Source of the DNA: Rhynchobatus australiae
Lineage: Eukaryota
Reading direction: 5' to 3'
Assembly (NCBI GenBank): GCA_034780895.1
Contig: JAUZTB010000118.1
Span: forward strand, 11,961,317-12,025,316
Length of the DNA: 64,000 nt
This document shows, one piece after another, positions 1 through 13,009 of this stretch. The translations under genes and the position numbers were made by a program. Numbering within the stretch: the stretch's first letter is position 1; each line of letters opens with the position of its first letter. The notes under the pieces were generated by a model. The model saw nothing but the letters and a program-made list of their open reading frames with translations, did not search any database and was not told the origin of the DNA.

Positions 1-95
1 GCAGAGCAGTTAAAACAGAAAATGCAGGAGACATTCAGCAGGTCTGGCAGCATCTATGGAGAGAGAAGCAAAGTTAATGTTTCAAGATCAATAAG
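1..95 (-). mobile_element. Penelope-like element terminal fragment (solo)
   Basis: aaaacagaaaatgcaggagacattcagcaggtctggcagcatctatggagagagaagcaaagttaatgtttca matches the terminal repeat seen at 26337-26435 and, inverted, at 63071-63190. Confidence 0.65.
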
Positions 96-1767
96 AGAAG
101 TGCAGTCAAAGCCACATCAGTGTGTCATATTAGCAGCACTGGGCACAACCTGGTCACTGTCTCCGCAGCAACGTGAAGACGAATCTCTTCTGATGCATTC
201 AGGTAGGAATGACTGGATTTATAAACTGGGATCATTGGTACTGACAGCAGTGGTTTCATTGGATGCAAGAATCTTGCACCTTCATCTGACTCATTCAAGA
301 CTATGGCAGCCAAAGGGATTCCCAACGTCTCCTGTAATAAAAGTAGTGAGTTATCTGGAAAGTGCAGATTTGTGATCTGGAGGTTTTGCGAGAAAGATCA
401 ATATGGGGAAGATTCAAAGTATTCATTACAAAAGCAGAGATATGATTGCAAAAAAAATATGCAATTCACCAGCAACTGGAAGGGCAATGTTATTTTAACA
501 TCATGACCAAAGCCAATCAGGCACTTCCTTTTTCTGTCATGTGAACAGCTTGCCATGTGCCAGCTATGATTGAGGGATAGTACCCTCAATTCATGCCAGA
601 CACTCATGGGTTAAGGTGATGCCCATGATTCTGGCTGACAATGCAGTGTAAAGTAGAGGAAGTGCTGTACTGTTGGATGTGCTGTTTTATGGGCCCTATC
701 TNNNNNNNNNNNNNNNNNNNNNNNNNNNNNNNNNNNNNNNNNNNNNNNNNNNNNNNNNNNNNNNNNNNNNNNNNNNNNNNNNNNNNNNNNNNNNNNNNNN
801 NNNNNNNNNNNNNNNNNNNNNNNNNNNNNNNNNNNNNNNNNNNNNNNNNNNNNNNNNNNNNNNNNNNNNNNNNNNNNNNNNNNNNNNNNNNNNNNNNNNN
901 NNNNNNNNNNNNNNNNNNNNNNNNNNNNNNNNNNNNNNNNNNNNNNNNNNNNNNNNNNNNNNNNNNNNNNNNNNNNNNNNNNNNNNNNNNNNNNNNNNNN
1001 NNNNNNNNNNNNNNNNNNNNNNNNNNNNNNNNNNNNNNNNNNNNNNNNNNNNNNNNNNNNNNNNNNNNNNNNNNNNNNNNNNNNNNNNNNNNNNNNNNNN
1101 NNNNNNNNNNNNNNNNNNNNNNNNNNNNNNNNNNNNNNNNNNNNNNNACCAGGGCCTTGTAAAAATCGGTGCTCAAATTTGTAGCCTACGCAACAGTTTT
1201 CTCACTGAAAATGTAGGGGCCACATATTGTCCCCGTGTTCCACCTCAGGTTCAAAACTTCTGGCACAGTTGCTGCAAGTGATTTTTCATGCACTCATAAT
1301 GCAGGTTTTGAAAGGCTCCAAGAGCCCCAAAGGTTTTAATCTTTTAATACTGATTCACGACATATCATCAAAACTCATTCCAAGCTGAAGGAGCACAAAA
1401 CTTCTCCGGGATAGGAAAAAATTGAAATGAGGGCAAGACAGAAATGGAATGCACCGCTTTGGAGGTTGTAGCATCATCATTACTGACACACAGTTAGATT
1501 CATATTTAAATAAGTGACAGGATTGCATTTAAATTTGGAGAATGGAAATTTTTTTTCTTTCATATTTCCATCAGTAGAACAGTTTTGAAGATGGCAAGAG
1601 CTGAGACCATGACTTCTATTGGGAGCCGATTTACATAATGTAAGCAAGAGGAGTGAAAAGCCACACTTAACATTTGTCAAGATTGTGGCATCAAGGTTCC
1701 CTGGTAAAACTGATTTAATGGGCATCGAGGGAAAAACATTCCAATGATTTGAATTGTGCCTCACACA

Positions 1768-1915
1768 GGAGTATAGTTGTAGTTAGGAAGTTGTGGGCAT
1801 GCTATGTTGGCACTGGAAGCGTGGTGATACTTGCAGGCTGTCCCCAGAACGCTATGCAAAGGATTAATTTCATTGTGTGTTTCGATGTACATGTGACTAA
1901 TAAAGATATCTTATC
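1768..1915 (+). mobile_element. V-SINE family B (Rex1-like tail), internally deleted copy
   Basis: gttaggaagttgtgggcatgctatgttggc...catgtgactaataaagatatctta is near-identical to the 3' halves of the copies at 22358-22645 and 54255-54537. Confidence 0.85.
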
Positions 1916-2004
1916 AATCAACCCAGACCAGGACACCATTGCAGCAGATCCTCAGGGAAGAGGCCTGGGTCCAGCCATCTTTAGATGTTTCTTCAGTGAT
2001 CTTC

Positions 2005-2425
2005 TTTCCTTGACACCATCCAGAAGAAAACATCCCACTTGATTGGTACTGTATCCACCACCCTAAGCATTTATTCTCTCCATCACCAGTGCACTGTAGC
2101 TGCAATCTGCACCATCCACAAAACGCACTGCAGTTACTCATGTAGGCTACTCTGATAGCGCCTCAAAAGCCTGGACCTCTATCAGCAAGAAAGACGAGGG
2201 CTTCTGGTGCATCAGAACATTGTCGCCTACACATCCTCTTCCAAGTCAAAGATGATTCTGGAACTATATCAACAGTTTTCATTGGTTGCTGGGTCCAACC
2301 CCCTCACCAACAGCATTGTGGGAGTATCTTCACCAGTAGTTCTAGAAGATGGCTCACTCCCACCTCAACCTGGGGCAATTGAGGATGGGCAATAAATACT
2401 GTCCTTGTCAGTGACGCCCAGCTCT
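2005..2425 (+). mobile_element. CR1/L2-clade LINE 3' end, decayed
   Basis: Ends ...gggcaattgaggatgggcaataaatactgtccttgtcagtgacgccca; the same family recurs at 12140-12320 (+), 21880-22150 (-) and 55500-55770 (-). Confidence 0.6.
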
Positions 2426-2454
2426 TAGCAAAGTTATTTTCATGCACTCATTAC

Positions 2455-2875
2455 CTGGTGACACAGTGATGCAGCTAGTAGAGCAGCTGTCTCCAAGCTT
2501 CAGTGACCTGGGTTCAATCCTAATATCCAATGTTGTCTGTGTAGAGTTCGCCTGTTTTCCCTGAGATCATGTCGGTCTCCTCCAGGTGCTCTGGTTTCCT
2601 CCCACATCCCAAAGATGTGCAGACACTAGAGACTGCAGATGCTGGAATCTGGAGCAAAAAATACAAACTGCTGGAGGAATTCAGCAATGCAGCCCAAAGA
2701 TGTGCAGCTTGGTTGATTAAACTGCCACTCTAAATTGCCCCAAGTGTGTAGCTGAGGGGTAGAATCTTGGGGGAGTTGATGAGAATGTGAGGAGAATAGT
2801 GTAAATTAACAGGGGAATGGAATTTCTCTGAGCCAGCATTGACTTGATGGGCTGAAATGGTTCCTCCTATGTTTT
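2455..2875 (+). mobile_element. HE1-like V-SINE (family A) with nested insertion
   Basis: tRNA-like head (acagtgatgcagctagtagag...gggttcaatcc B box), V core (ggtgctctggtttcctcccacatcccaaagatgtgc) and CR1-like tail (gatgggctgaaatggttcctcct). Confidence 0.85.
2623..2692 (-). mobile_element. 70-bp Penelope-terminus insertion with 15-bp target-site duplication
   Basis: gactgcagatgctggaatctggagcaaaaaatacaaactgctggaggaattcagca is flanked by the perfect direct repeat cccaaagatgtgcag at 2608-2622 and 2693-2707. Confidence 0.85.
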
Positions 2876-4029
2876 AAGGAAATATAGAAATAAATGAGAA
2901 AAAGAAACTCCACATTCACCAGCCATTTTTGCTCTATCCTTATTTTGAACTTCTCTTGGAGCGACATTTGTAGACTTTCCAGTTGCTGACCTTTGTATCT
3001 GGTCATCCCCACTTCTTCCAGATTCAGGCTCACTTGGATATTGGGAGTGAACTCTGAGTCTCACCGACTGCCCAATGAGGTCTGTGCAAAACTGTGTTGT
3101 CCCTGGACTGGTGTAGGGAGGCTGGCTGTAATGAGGGAGGGTGAAATAGGGAAAACAAAAATCTGCCCTTGCTCTGTTTAACCCATTTTTAATTGTTTTC
3201 AGGATATGGGTCTCTCTACTGTGTGACTATTAGACAGTTCGTAATAACCCATTAAACTAGAACTCCACCTGCTATCTTCTTCTTAATGCAGTGAAATAAA
3301 CATCTGAGAACACGTGATGTGTTAGGCAGCACCAGTGAAGGAAGAAACAAGATTTTAAGTCAATGACCTTTCATTCCATTATTATGAAGGAATTGATGTA
3401 AATAGTTGGATGGCACTAGCCCCTAGCATCACCATTTAGCACTTGAAGAATTGATGAATATGTTCCAATATTTTCCATTGAATTTTCTGGGAATTGGTGG
3501 ACTGATTCCCTGACCCTAATTCGCTCTTTTGGTTCTTGCATAGAATTGGCTGGGAAGAAGTAGCAATATTCAGCCTGAGATTTCATAAAATTGCTCTTGT
3601 GTGAAAATGAAGAATTTTCAATCACTTTGTGTGATCCCTGAAATAAGAACATAATTAACAGCATCATCAGAAATTCCACGCATCCATCTAAGTAAGGCTG
3701 TGAACTTGTAAAAATAGCTACCTTTGTCTGCTATAATTGCAAATCTCAAACAGAGTTGTTCAGTCTTTGAAAGCTGGTATCTACTGTGCAGTTTGAGGGC
3801 CTTGGGAAATTTGTAGTCTTTTCTGATGGAAAAGCTACAGACCTCCCAATGTCTAATGTGTGCTTCTAAGCTAGAGCTCAGCAAATAATTCTACATGGAG
3901 GGACTATTTAATAACTACCAGAAAGGGATGGTCATAGGGTAAAGTACCCATCAGTGAAGGTTTATTCATATTTGAATTTTGTGCTTCTAAAATGAAATAT
4001 TTAAACAATTAATTTTAGAATGTTTTAAC

Positions 4030-4320
4030 CTCCTGTACCCATAACCTTCCAACATTTCTGTATTCAACTTCCACTGGCCTCTTGGGCATCGCTGAATGTA
4101 ACCACACTGTCAATGGTGGACCTACCTTCAGCTGCAAAATTCCCTCCCTAAACTCTGCTTCTTTCCTGTTATTCCCTCTTTAAAGACATTCCTTAAAATT
4201 CATCTCTTTGACCAAAAGTTTGGTTATCTACCCTAAGATACTGTTTATTTTTATTGGTCACTATCAAATCCTTTAATTAGCTAATGCATAAACTCTTGGA
4301 GACGGTTCTGTAAAGGCGCC
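4030..4320 (+). mobile_element. L2-like LINE 3' fragment, old
   Basis: ccttcagctg...aattccctccctaaac...tttaaagacattccttaaaattcatctctttgaccaa resembles the L2 ORF2 C-terminal WNSLP...FK..LKT.LF pattern. Confidence 0.5.
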
Positions 4321-4544
4321 AGTCCCAAAATGTTTACCAATCTTTCTCCACATATATGGCCTTTGCCAAGTCAAGTCAAAATGCCCATTCTTTTTTTCAC
4401 AACAATCTAGACAATACACAAAGTCTTACAGGAGGAAACTGTAAGCTCTTTTGATTATTATATACAAATAAAAAGCTTTAGCAAAGATTTTACCATGCAG
4501 AATAATTATTCATGTTATGCTCTCTTAATAATTGTTACATTGAT

Positions 4545-4895
4545 AAATTGGTAAAGTGATTCATTATTGTCACATGCACTGAGGTACAGTGAAAAGCTTT
4601 AATTTGTATGCCACCCATATGGATCATTTCATCACATCAGTACATTGAGGGAGTACAAGGGAAAACAATAACAGAATGCAGAATTAAAAGTTACAGTGAC
4701 AGAGAAAGAGCAGTGCAGGTAGACAATAAGGTGCAAGGCCATGACGAAGTTATGAGTCCATCTTATTGTCCAAGAGGACCATTCAAGAGTCTTATAACAG
4801 TGGGATAGAGGCTGGCCTAGAGCCTGGTGGTACGTGCTTTCAGGCTTTTGCATCTTGTGCCTGAAAGGAGGGAGGAGGAGAGAGTATCTGGGGTG
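4545..4895 (-). mobile_element. Rex1/Babar LINE 3' end
   Basis: tattgtcacatgcactgaggtacagtgaaaa... is collinear with the 3' end of the ORF-bearing copy at 52238-52845. Confidence 0.8.
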
Positions 4896-5739
4896 ATGTC
4901 ATTGTCAAATATATAGATGAAACAGACAAAGGGTATGTATGGCATATGTCATCTTAATATATGGGAGGAGAAGGGACAGGGAGCTAAGAGACAGAACAAG
5001 AATAGAACAGTGTCTAATATAAAAGGCAGTCCAAATGCCTGCTACTGACATTAATAGCAAAAGGACTGCCAGAGGTATACTGACAAGGGAACAAATTGGA
5101 AATCTATTTGAGGAGGCAGAAGTCTNNNNNNNNNNNNNNNNNNNNNNNNNNNNNNNNNNNNNNNNNNNNNNNNNNNNNNNNNNNNNNNNNNNNNNNNNNN
5201 NNNNNNNNNNNNNGAATTATTAACACCATTAAGATTACAGAGCCACCATAAGGAGAAAATGTTCTGCCCAATTGACCTCATATTTTCATAATAGTGACCC
5301 ACTGTCTTCCAGTTACAACATCTGCCTTTTTCTTGAATGAATCCACTGTCCTGGCCTTGACCTAGTTCCAGGCAAACTTTTACAGCTATTCGTAAATCTC
5401 TGTGCAAAGAAATACTTCTCAACATTTTTCCTAAACCCGCTCTATATAACATTGAACCCATCCCCTCCAGTCCAAAGACAGTTAAAATATTGTGCTGGAT
5501 TTGCTTTAACCTCACCTGAACTGATGTTGGGAATATGCCTGATCTCACCCAATGTGGGGCAAACCTTAGAACAGTTTTCAAATTTGCTATCTAATGAGGG
5601 TAATAGATCATCAAACAATCGTAGGTAGAACCATTGCAGAAAAAGGAATTCTCCAGTGGATTAAATTTTTTAAAAGATTAAAAATAAATGTATAAAATCA
5701 CAGATCCATTCAATTTGTACATTTCAATGTTCAGTGTTT

Positions 5740-5995
5740 CAAGGTTTATAAAATTATAAGGGGCATGGATAAGGTAGATAATCATAGTCTTTTCCTCAGG
5801 GTATGGGAGTCTAAAACTAGAGCGCATAGGTTTAGAGCATAGAACATAGAACAGTACAGCACAGGAACAGGCCCTGCGACCCACAATGTCTGTGCCAGCT
5901 ATGATACCATTTTAAACTGCACATGTCTGCATGTGGTACAGCACAGGAACAGACCAAACACAGGTAAATAGGATTAGTGGAGACAGGCATATTGA
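5740..5995. mobile_element. CR1 3' fragments in opposite orientations
   Basis: ggtttataaaattataaggggcatggataaggtagat (+) is joined to catagaacatagaacagtacagcacaggaacaggccct (CR1 tail, -). Confidence 0.65.
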
Positions 5996-6664
5996 CAGCA
6001 TCCAATTCTAATCATAACTCATTCCACACGGCCCTCATACCCACCCAATCCACCCTCAGCATCTCCTAACTCTGTCCCTAGCCCTGTGAATGTGGCCACC
6101 CAGTCTGTGACCTACCCAAGATCCTCTTTTAGTTCTGCAGCAGTGACCCCCTACTTCCATCCCTTGATTACCATTGTGTGCATTTACCAGCAATTTGTAG
6201 TTATGATTTCTCCTACAAGCAAACCATCTTTGGGTTAGGGTTCAATAGAGCAGCTATCCTAATTTGCTTGAAACATGTAGGCTAGATTCTCAGTTTCTGC
6301 AATCCCATTCCTACAGGGGAGAAGGATGGATCATAAGAGCCAAATGAAGCAGGATGTCGTTTAGGATGATCAGGAAATCTAAAACTAATTGCACTTCCAG
6401 CCAAAAACTCAATGGGTCAATTGGCCGCCTTCTGTATTGTTACAATTCTCTGATTCTATCACCGCAATGTCACAAGAACATGGTGTGGCTTTTTAGAGTT
6501 TGTTTGATTGGATATCGATAAAGCTTCACCCCAACATGATTGAAAAACATTTGGCATAAACTCGATGTCCATTGGATGGTAAATACTGTCTCAAAGCCAA
6601 ATTCCTTTCTCAATTTGGTAAACTCACATGTTAATTACTTTGTTAAATTGTATTAAATGATTCA

Positions 6665-8400
6665 TTCATAGATTCCTAGAGCTACACAGCATGGAAGTAG
6701 GCCCTTCGACCCAACTCATCCATGCTAGCCACTCAGTAACCATCTATACTAATTCCCATTTTTCAGCACTTGGTCTGCAGTCTTCTATCTCCTGGTGATT
6801 CAACTGCTTGTCGAGATATTTCTTAAATGTTGTGATGGTATCAGCCTTCACCACTCTCTCAGGCAGTGAGTTCCAGATAACAACCACCCTCTAGGTGAAA
6901 AATAAATCTTTCTCAGATCCCCTCTAAACCTCCTACCCTACTGTAAACCTATGCCCTCTAGTTTTTGATACTTCCTATTTCCTATCTATGTCCCTCATAC
7001 TTTATGGACTGCAGTCAGCATACCACCCCACCAGCCTCCTCTACCCTAAGAAAAACAAGTGCAGCCAATGCAGCCTCTCCTCATAACTGAAATCTCCAGC
7101 CCAGGCAACATCCTGATGAACCTCCTCTGCACCTTCTCCAGTGCAATCACATCCTTCCTACAATGTGGTGACCAGAACAGTATACAATTCTTCAGTTGTG
7201 GCCGAACCAATACTTCATAAATTTGTGCTATAGCCTCCCTGTTCTTATTTTCTATGCCTCAGCTAATGAAGGAAAGCATCCTGTTAGCCACTGGTCATAG
7301 GCTTCTAACCACAGAAACAGCCCTCCACATTACCCTCCTCCTCCCACAACTAAGCCAGTTTTGTATCCAATTTGCTAACTTGCCCTGGATCTCATGGGCT
7401 GTAACCTGTTGAACCAGTATCCCACTAGCACCTTGTCAAAGGCCTCACTAAAGTCCATGTAAACTGCATTAACTGCACTGCCTTTCACAATACACTTTGT
7501 TACTTCGAAAAATTCAATAAAATTGGTCAGAAAAGATCTCCCCTTAAGAAATTTTGACTATCTTTGATTCACCCATGCATTTCCAAGTGTAGATAATTTC
7601 CCTGAAACTGCCACCAGACTCGCGGGTCTCTGGCTTATTCCTGCTGTCCTTTTTGAATAAAGGTGCCACATTTTGTGTATTCCAGTCATCCGGGAACACC
7701 TGTGGCCAGGTAAGATTTAAAAGTCACTGTTAGAGTCCCAGCAATCTCCTCCTTCCCTCGCCTCCCAAAATACTCTGAGATTCATCTCATCAGAATTCCA
7801 GCATTTATCCACTTCAGATTAAAACATTATATACCTCGTCATTTTTAATGGTTCTTGTATTTCACTGTCACCTTCCCTGAATTCTCCAGCTACAATGTCC
7901 TTCTGCTTAGTGAATAGTCAAGTATTTATTTAAGACCTCTGCTGCATCCTTTGGCTCCATACATACATTGCCCCTTTGGTCCGTAATGGGCCCTACTCTT
8001 TTCCTGGTTACCCCCTTGTTTAAAATATACTTTTAAAATGCTTTGTGATTTTCCTCAGTCTTGTCTACCAGACATATTTCATGCTCCCTCTTTTCCCTCT
8101 TAATTTCTTTTTTAAGTACTTCCCTTGCAATTTCTACACTCCTGCTGCGTCTCTCAGTTTTCTATACTTGCCATATGCTTCCTTTCCCTCCTTTAACCAA
8201 CTCTCGCTATTCTATAGTGTCCAAGAGTTCCCTGTGGTTTTGGACTTGCCTTCCCCCCTTACGGGAACACCTTGGCACTGAGCTCTGACTATTATAGTTT
8301 TGAATGACTCCCACTTGTCAGATGTAGACTTATCTGCAAGCAGCTGCTGCTGGTAAACTTCTGCCAGCTCCTGTCTTATGACATTGAAATTGGCCAAAAC
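6665..8400 (-). mobile_element. CR1 LINE, decayed RT/3' region with deletions
   Basis: CR1 3' tail at ~6670-6960; the reverse strand gives degenerate DFS.AFDKV (caccttgtcaaaggcc) and DKSTSDKWESFK (ORF 8212-8436). Confidence 0.85.
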
Positions 8401-9054
8401 ACTATCGAAACATACATAGAATGCCACTCGACTCAATACACGTCCAACAATTTCTGTACATAAGTATGTTATAGACAGAGAGGACTCAGAACTGATGTGT
8501 GTCTGTGAGAGAACATTGCTGTGAGTGAAATTGGATTTTTGGCTAAAAAGTAAACTGAAGGTTTGTCTACAAAAGAATACTGTATTAAATTTATAGGCAC
8601 GCAGATCAGGTCACCACAATATGCCTACTACATTGGTATTGAAAAGGAATGGAAACTTTCATTTGATATGTATTAGTAAATGAGTTTACATAGGTCCTGA
8701 ATTTGCTTGGGGGTCCTGGAGCTATATCATTGCTGTAAATTGGCTAAGTGCCAACTTCCTGCTGTGATTGGATGGGTTGGAATCTCTGTTCATCCCAACT
8801 ATAACCCATTGCATGATATAGTGTCGTAATCAGGGTAAGGAGATTCCCAGACTGGGCAGTTCCTTAGTCCTTGCTTGGCAGAAAAGTTATTAGTGCCAAG
8901 TGGTGTAAAACTTAACACCAAGGTGCAAAATGTTATGATCTTATGTGTAACTCAGTCAACAAATTGAGGGGATCAAAGGATACACTGTGCGGTCCTTCAG
9001 ATCTTGCTGGAAGATTTCCGTTGCTCTGTATAACATTTACATAAGGTGCATATA

Positions 9055-9195
9055 CATAGAACATAAAACAGTACAGCATTGGACAAGCTATTCAGCCCAC
9101 AATGTTGTGCTGATCCAATTTATACTAAATGTCCTCCTCCTGTGTATCATCCATATCCCTCCATTCCCTTCATATTCATGTGTCTATCTAAAAGC
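9055..9195 (-). mobile_element. CR1 3' end running into a gap
   Basis: acatagaacataaaacagtacagca...attcccttcatattcatgtgtctatctaaaagc is the same tail as 29670-29830. Confidence 0.75.
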
Positions 9196-10144
9196 NNNNN
9201 NNNNNNNNNNNNNNNNNNNNNNNNNNNNNNNNNNNNNNNNNNNNNNNNNNNNNNNNNNNNNNNNNNNNNNNNNNNNNNNNNNNNNNNNNNNNNNNNNNNN
9301 NNNNNNNNNNNNNNNNNNNNNNNNNNNNNNNNNNNNNNNNNNNNNNNNNNNNNNNNNNNNNNNNNNNNNNNNNNNNNNNNNNNNNNNNNNNNNNNNNNNN
9401 NNNNNNNNNNNNNNNNNNNNNNNNNNNNNNNNNNNNNNNNNNNNNNNNNNNNNNNNNNNNNNNNNNNNNNNNNNNNNNNNNNNNNNNNNNNNNNNNNNNN
9501 NNNNNNNNNNNNNNNNNNNNNNNNNNNNNNNNNNNNNNNNNNNNNNNNNNNNNNNNNNNNNNNNNNNNNNNNNNNNNNNNNNNNNNNNNNNNNNNNNNNN
9601 NNNNNNNNNNNNNNNNNNNNNNNNNNNNNNNNNNNNNNNNNNNNNNNNNNNNNNNNNNNNNNNNNNNNNNNNNNNNNNNNNNNNNNNNNNNNNNNNNNNN
9701 NNNNNNNNNNNNNNNNNNNNNNNNNNNNNNNNNNNNNNNNNNNNNNNNNNNNNNNNNNNNNNNNNNNNNNNNNNNNNNNNNNNNNNNNNNNNNNNNNNNN
9801 NNNNNNNNNNNNNNNNNNNNNNNNNNNNNNNNNNNNNNNNNNNNNNNNNNNNNNNNNNNNNNNNNNNNNNNNNNNNNNNNNNNNNNNNNNNNNNNNNNNN
9901 NNNNNNNNNNNNNNNNNNNNNNNNNNNNNNNNNNNNNNNNNNNNNNNNNNNNNNNNNNNNNNNNNNNNNNNNNNNNNNNNNNNNNNNNNNNNNNNNNNNN
10001 NNNNNNNNNNNNNNNNNNNNNNNNNNNNNNNNNNNNNNNNNNNNNNNNNNNNNNNNNNNNNNNNNNNNNNNNNNNNNNNNNNNNNNNNNNNNNNNNNNNN
10101 NNNNNNNNNNNNNNNNNNNNNNNNNNNNNNNNNNNNNNNNNNNN

Positions 10145-11215
10145 GCAGGTGGGTAATAGGTGGAAGCAGACAAGAAAGGAAAAACAATGAAGCCAGGTGG
10201 GGAGAGGGAAGGGGGAAAGGTGGAAACAGCGGGTGGCGAGTGATAAATGAGGACACAAAGGCCACCGGTGCTGGAATCTGATAAGCAAGGAAGGTGATAA
10301 TGGGAACCATTTAAGGGAGCAATGATGGACAGATGGGAGCCCAGAAGGAGGAGGGGGTTTGGTGGGTGAAACGTGTAGGTAGTGGGTGAATGGAACTAGG
10401 AGGGGATGGAGGGATGAAGGCAGGAGGGGGAGTTATGCGAAAGGGAACAAAAATAGGAGGACCAGAGGTGGATCGGAAAGGGGGGGAGAGAAGTGAACGC
10501 AGGAGGTGAGGGTCACCTGGAACTGGAACATTCAATGTTCGTGCCATTGGATTGTACGTGACCCAGGTGGAATATGAAGTGTTGTTCTGGTTTGCATTGG
10601 GCCTCAGCCTGGCAGTGGAGAAGACACCGAGGACAGACAGGTTGGTGTGGGAATGTAAAGGGGAGTTGGGATGGATTGCATTTGGGAGCTCAGGATGACT
10701 GTTGTGGACAGTGCACAGGTGATCTGCAAACCAGTCGCCTCATCTGTGCTTCGTCTCACCGATGTAGAGGAGGCCGCATCAAAAGCACCGAATGCAGTAG
10801 ACAAGGTTGGAGGAGGTGCACGTGAATCCTTGCCTCACCTGGAAGGGCTGTATAGGTGGTGAGGGAGGAGGTGTAGGGACAGGTGTTGCACCTCCTACAA
10901 TTGCAGGGCAAAGTGCTAGGGGTCAGGGTGGGGAGGGGTGAGATGACCATGGAGTTGTGGAGAGAGTGGTCCTTGCAGGAAGCAGAAAAGGGTGGGGAGG
11001 GGATTCCATTGTAGCCGGCGGAAATAACGGAAGATGATGTGCTGGAGGTGGAGGCTAGTAGAGTGACAGGTGAGGACTAAGGGAACTCTATCTGTTTGGC
11101 AGGAGTGGGTGTTGAGGGCTGAAAGTCCAGGAAACAGGAAATGTGAGAGAGAGCTCCATCAATCATAGTAGAAGGGAAGCCACGCTTCCTGAGAAAGGAG
11201 GACATTTCAGATACA
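10145..11215 (-). mobile_element. Penelope-like retroelement fragment with GIY-YIG endonuclease (pseudogenised)
   Basis: The reverse strand reads PCNCRRCNTCP (Cys linker), then FTCTSSNLVYCIRCF*CGLLYIGETKHR*GDWFADHL (GIY-YIG), then FIFHLGHVQSNGTNIE; upstream FLRKRGFPSTMIDGAL. In-frame stops and frameshifts are present. Confidence 0.9.
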
Positions 11216-13009
11216 GCACCGGACGTCAGGATCAAAGCAGGGTCACTGGAGCTGTGACTCAACAGCTTTACGAACTGCAGCACTGTACTGCCCCTTCCTC
11301 TGACTCTTTCTCAGTCATTTCTCATTATTCGAGAAGCACTGCTGGTCCAGCATTTAGAGAGGTCCCAGATGTCTAGTTGCCCTTGCCAAGTCAATTTCAG
11401 CTTGCACCAAACTGCATCACATAATGCTTTGAAGCTGAAGAGTGCAGGGAAAGATCCAACTAGTGAGTCACAGGAAGCCCCAGAAGCAAGATCCAACCCA
11501 TTCAATCACAACGCTTAGGCTTTCTTTCCCAACAACTATTATACTTCCTATTCTGTCTGTCTCTGCTTTGGACGCTACACAATGCATTGCATTGAAGAAT
11601 TGGTGTTCTTTGCACTTTTAAACTCATCAACTTCCTGTGGTTAGAAGTGCAATGGTGACTTGCTCCCTGAGCTATATTGGGTTGGTTGATCGTAGACAGA
11701 TATCAGTGGGAACATTTTAATCCACCCAAATTGGCTCAGTGCTCTCATTACTGATCCATAAACACCTCCAAGAGAGTATGAATGTGGATGTGGTGGGAAT
11801 GGTTCTGCCCACTAATGCTGACTGCCTCAACTTGTATATGAACAATTAACTTTTCAAATAATGTACTGGAAGATTGAGAACAAACATTCTGAGTCATGGT
11901 TTTCAATGAAGAGGGAAGGAAAAATGGAACAAAACAAAGTACTTAGAGGATTTAATATTACAGAAAACAGGATCTTTCTATAATCCAGCATCGAGTACCA
12001 ATACTTTGACAAAACTCTTCACGTTGAGAATGGCCTGTGTTTCACTGAATCAAATTATATGGATACAGTAAAGATCTGGCAGCTCAAAGCTGGGCACCAT
12101 AAGCAGCAGTAGAACTGTATTCCATCACAATCCATAACCCACGACCTGGGCATATATCACCATTCTTCTTTGTTGTTGGGACAAAACCTTGCCAGCTCCT
12201 ACCCGACAGGAATGTGGGAGTTCCATCACCTCACTGCCAATGCTTAGTGAAGAAGGCATCTCACCTCCTGCTTCCCAATTAAGGATGGCCTATTAATGTT
12301 TCCTTGCCTGTAATACCAACAACATCAACTTCCATTTAGACCAAAAGTTNNNNNNNNNNNNNNNNNNNNNNNNNNNNNNNNNNNNNNNNNNNNNNNNNNN
12401 NNNNNNNNNNNNNNNNNNNNNNNNNNNNNNNNNNNNNNNNNNNNNNNNNTTATCACTTCAATAAAAATAAATCCCACAACAAATTAGGAGACAAAGTGTA
12501 TCAGTTGTAGGTAAATAAGTAACTGTTACATTATGCTGACAACTCTTTAAACAAAAATGTCACTTATCAGGAAGTATTTTTTTGCCTTTGTATGCACATA
12601 CTGAACATCCTGTTTCCATTTTAGCTTGCCTTCTGCAAATCTTCTTGCGTGTAAGTTACTGAACCCAAGAGTCAACCATCCAGTTAATTTGGTTAGGGTC
12701 ATGTGATTCAAGCTAAATTGAAATAAATCAACCAAGCAAATTCTTGAGCTGAGGCATAGCTTATTTTCTTTGCAAAACTGACTAGAACTTTTTTTTTCCA
12801 TGCAGAAGCAATGAATCCACTACTTTTCTTTTGCTGATGCGTTTGATACATTTTATGAAGTAGAACATTCTATTTGAGTAGCGGTTTACTTTCTACTTGT
12901 GTTGTATTGAAGGATGGAAGATGCTGACTTAGCTTAATTTTTTTTGTGTGATGGAGGAAGTGGTCAGACCTTGGCTGTTGTGGATCCTTATTCAAAGGAG
13001 CCAAAGGGA

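Noticed and set aside
8987-10310. Long ORFs of 329-400 aa (and other X-rich ORFs at 604-1281, 5035-5581, 13577-13884, 16333-16655, 19031-19469, 50238-50568)
   Set aside because: They stay open only because they read through N gaps.
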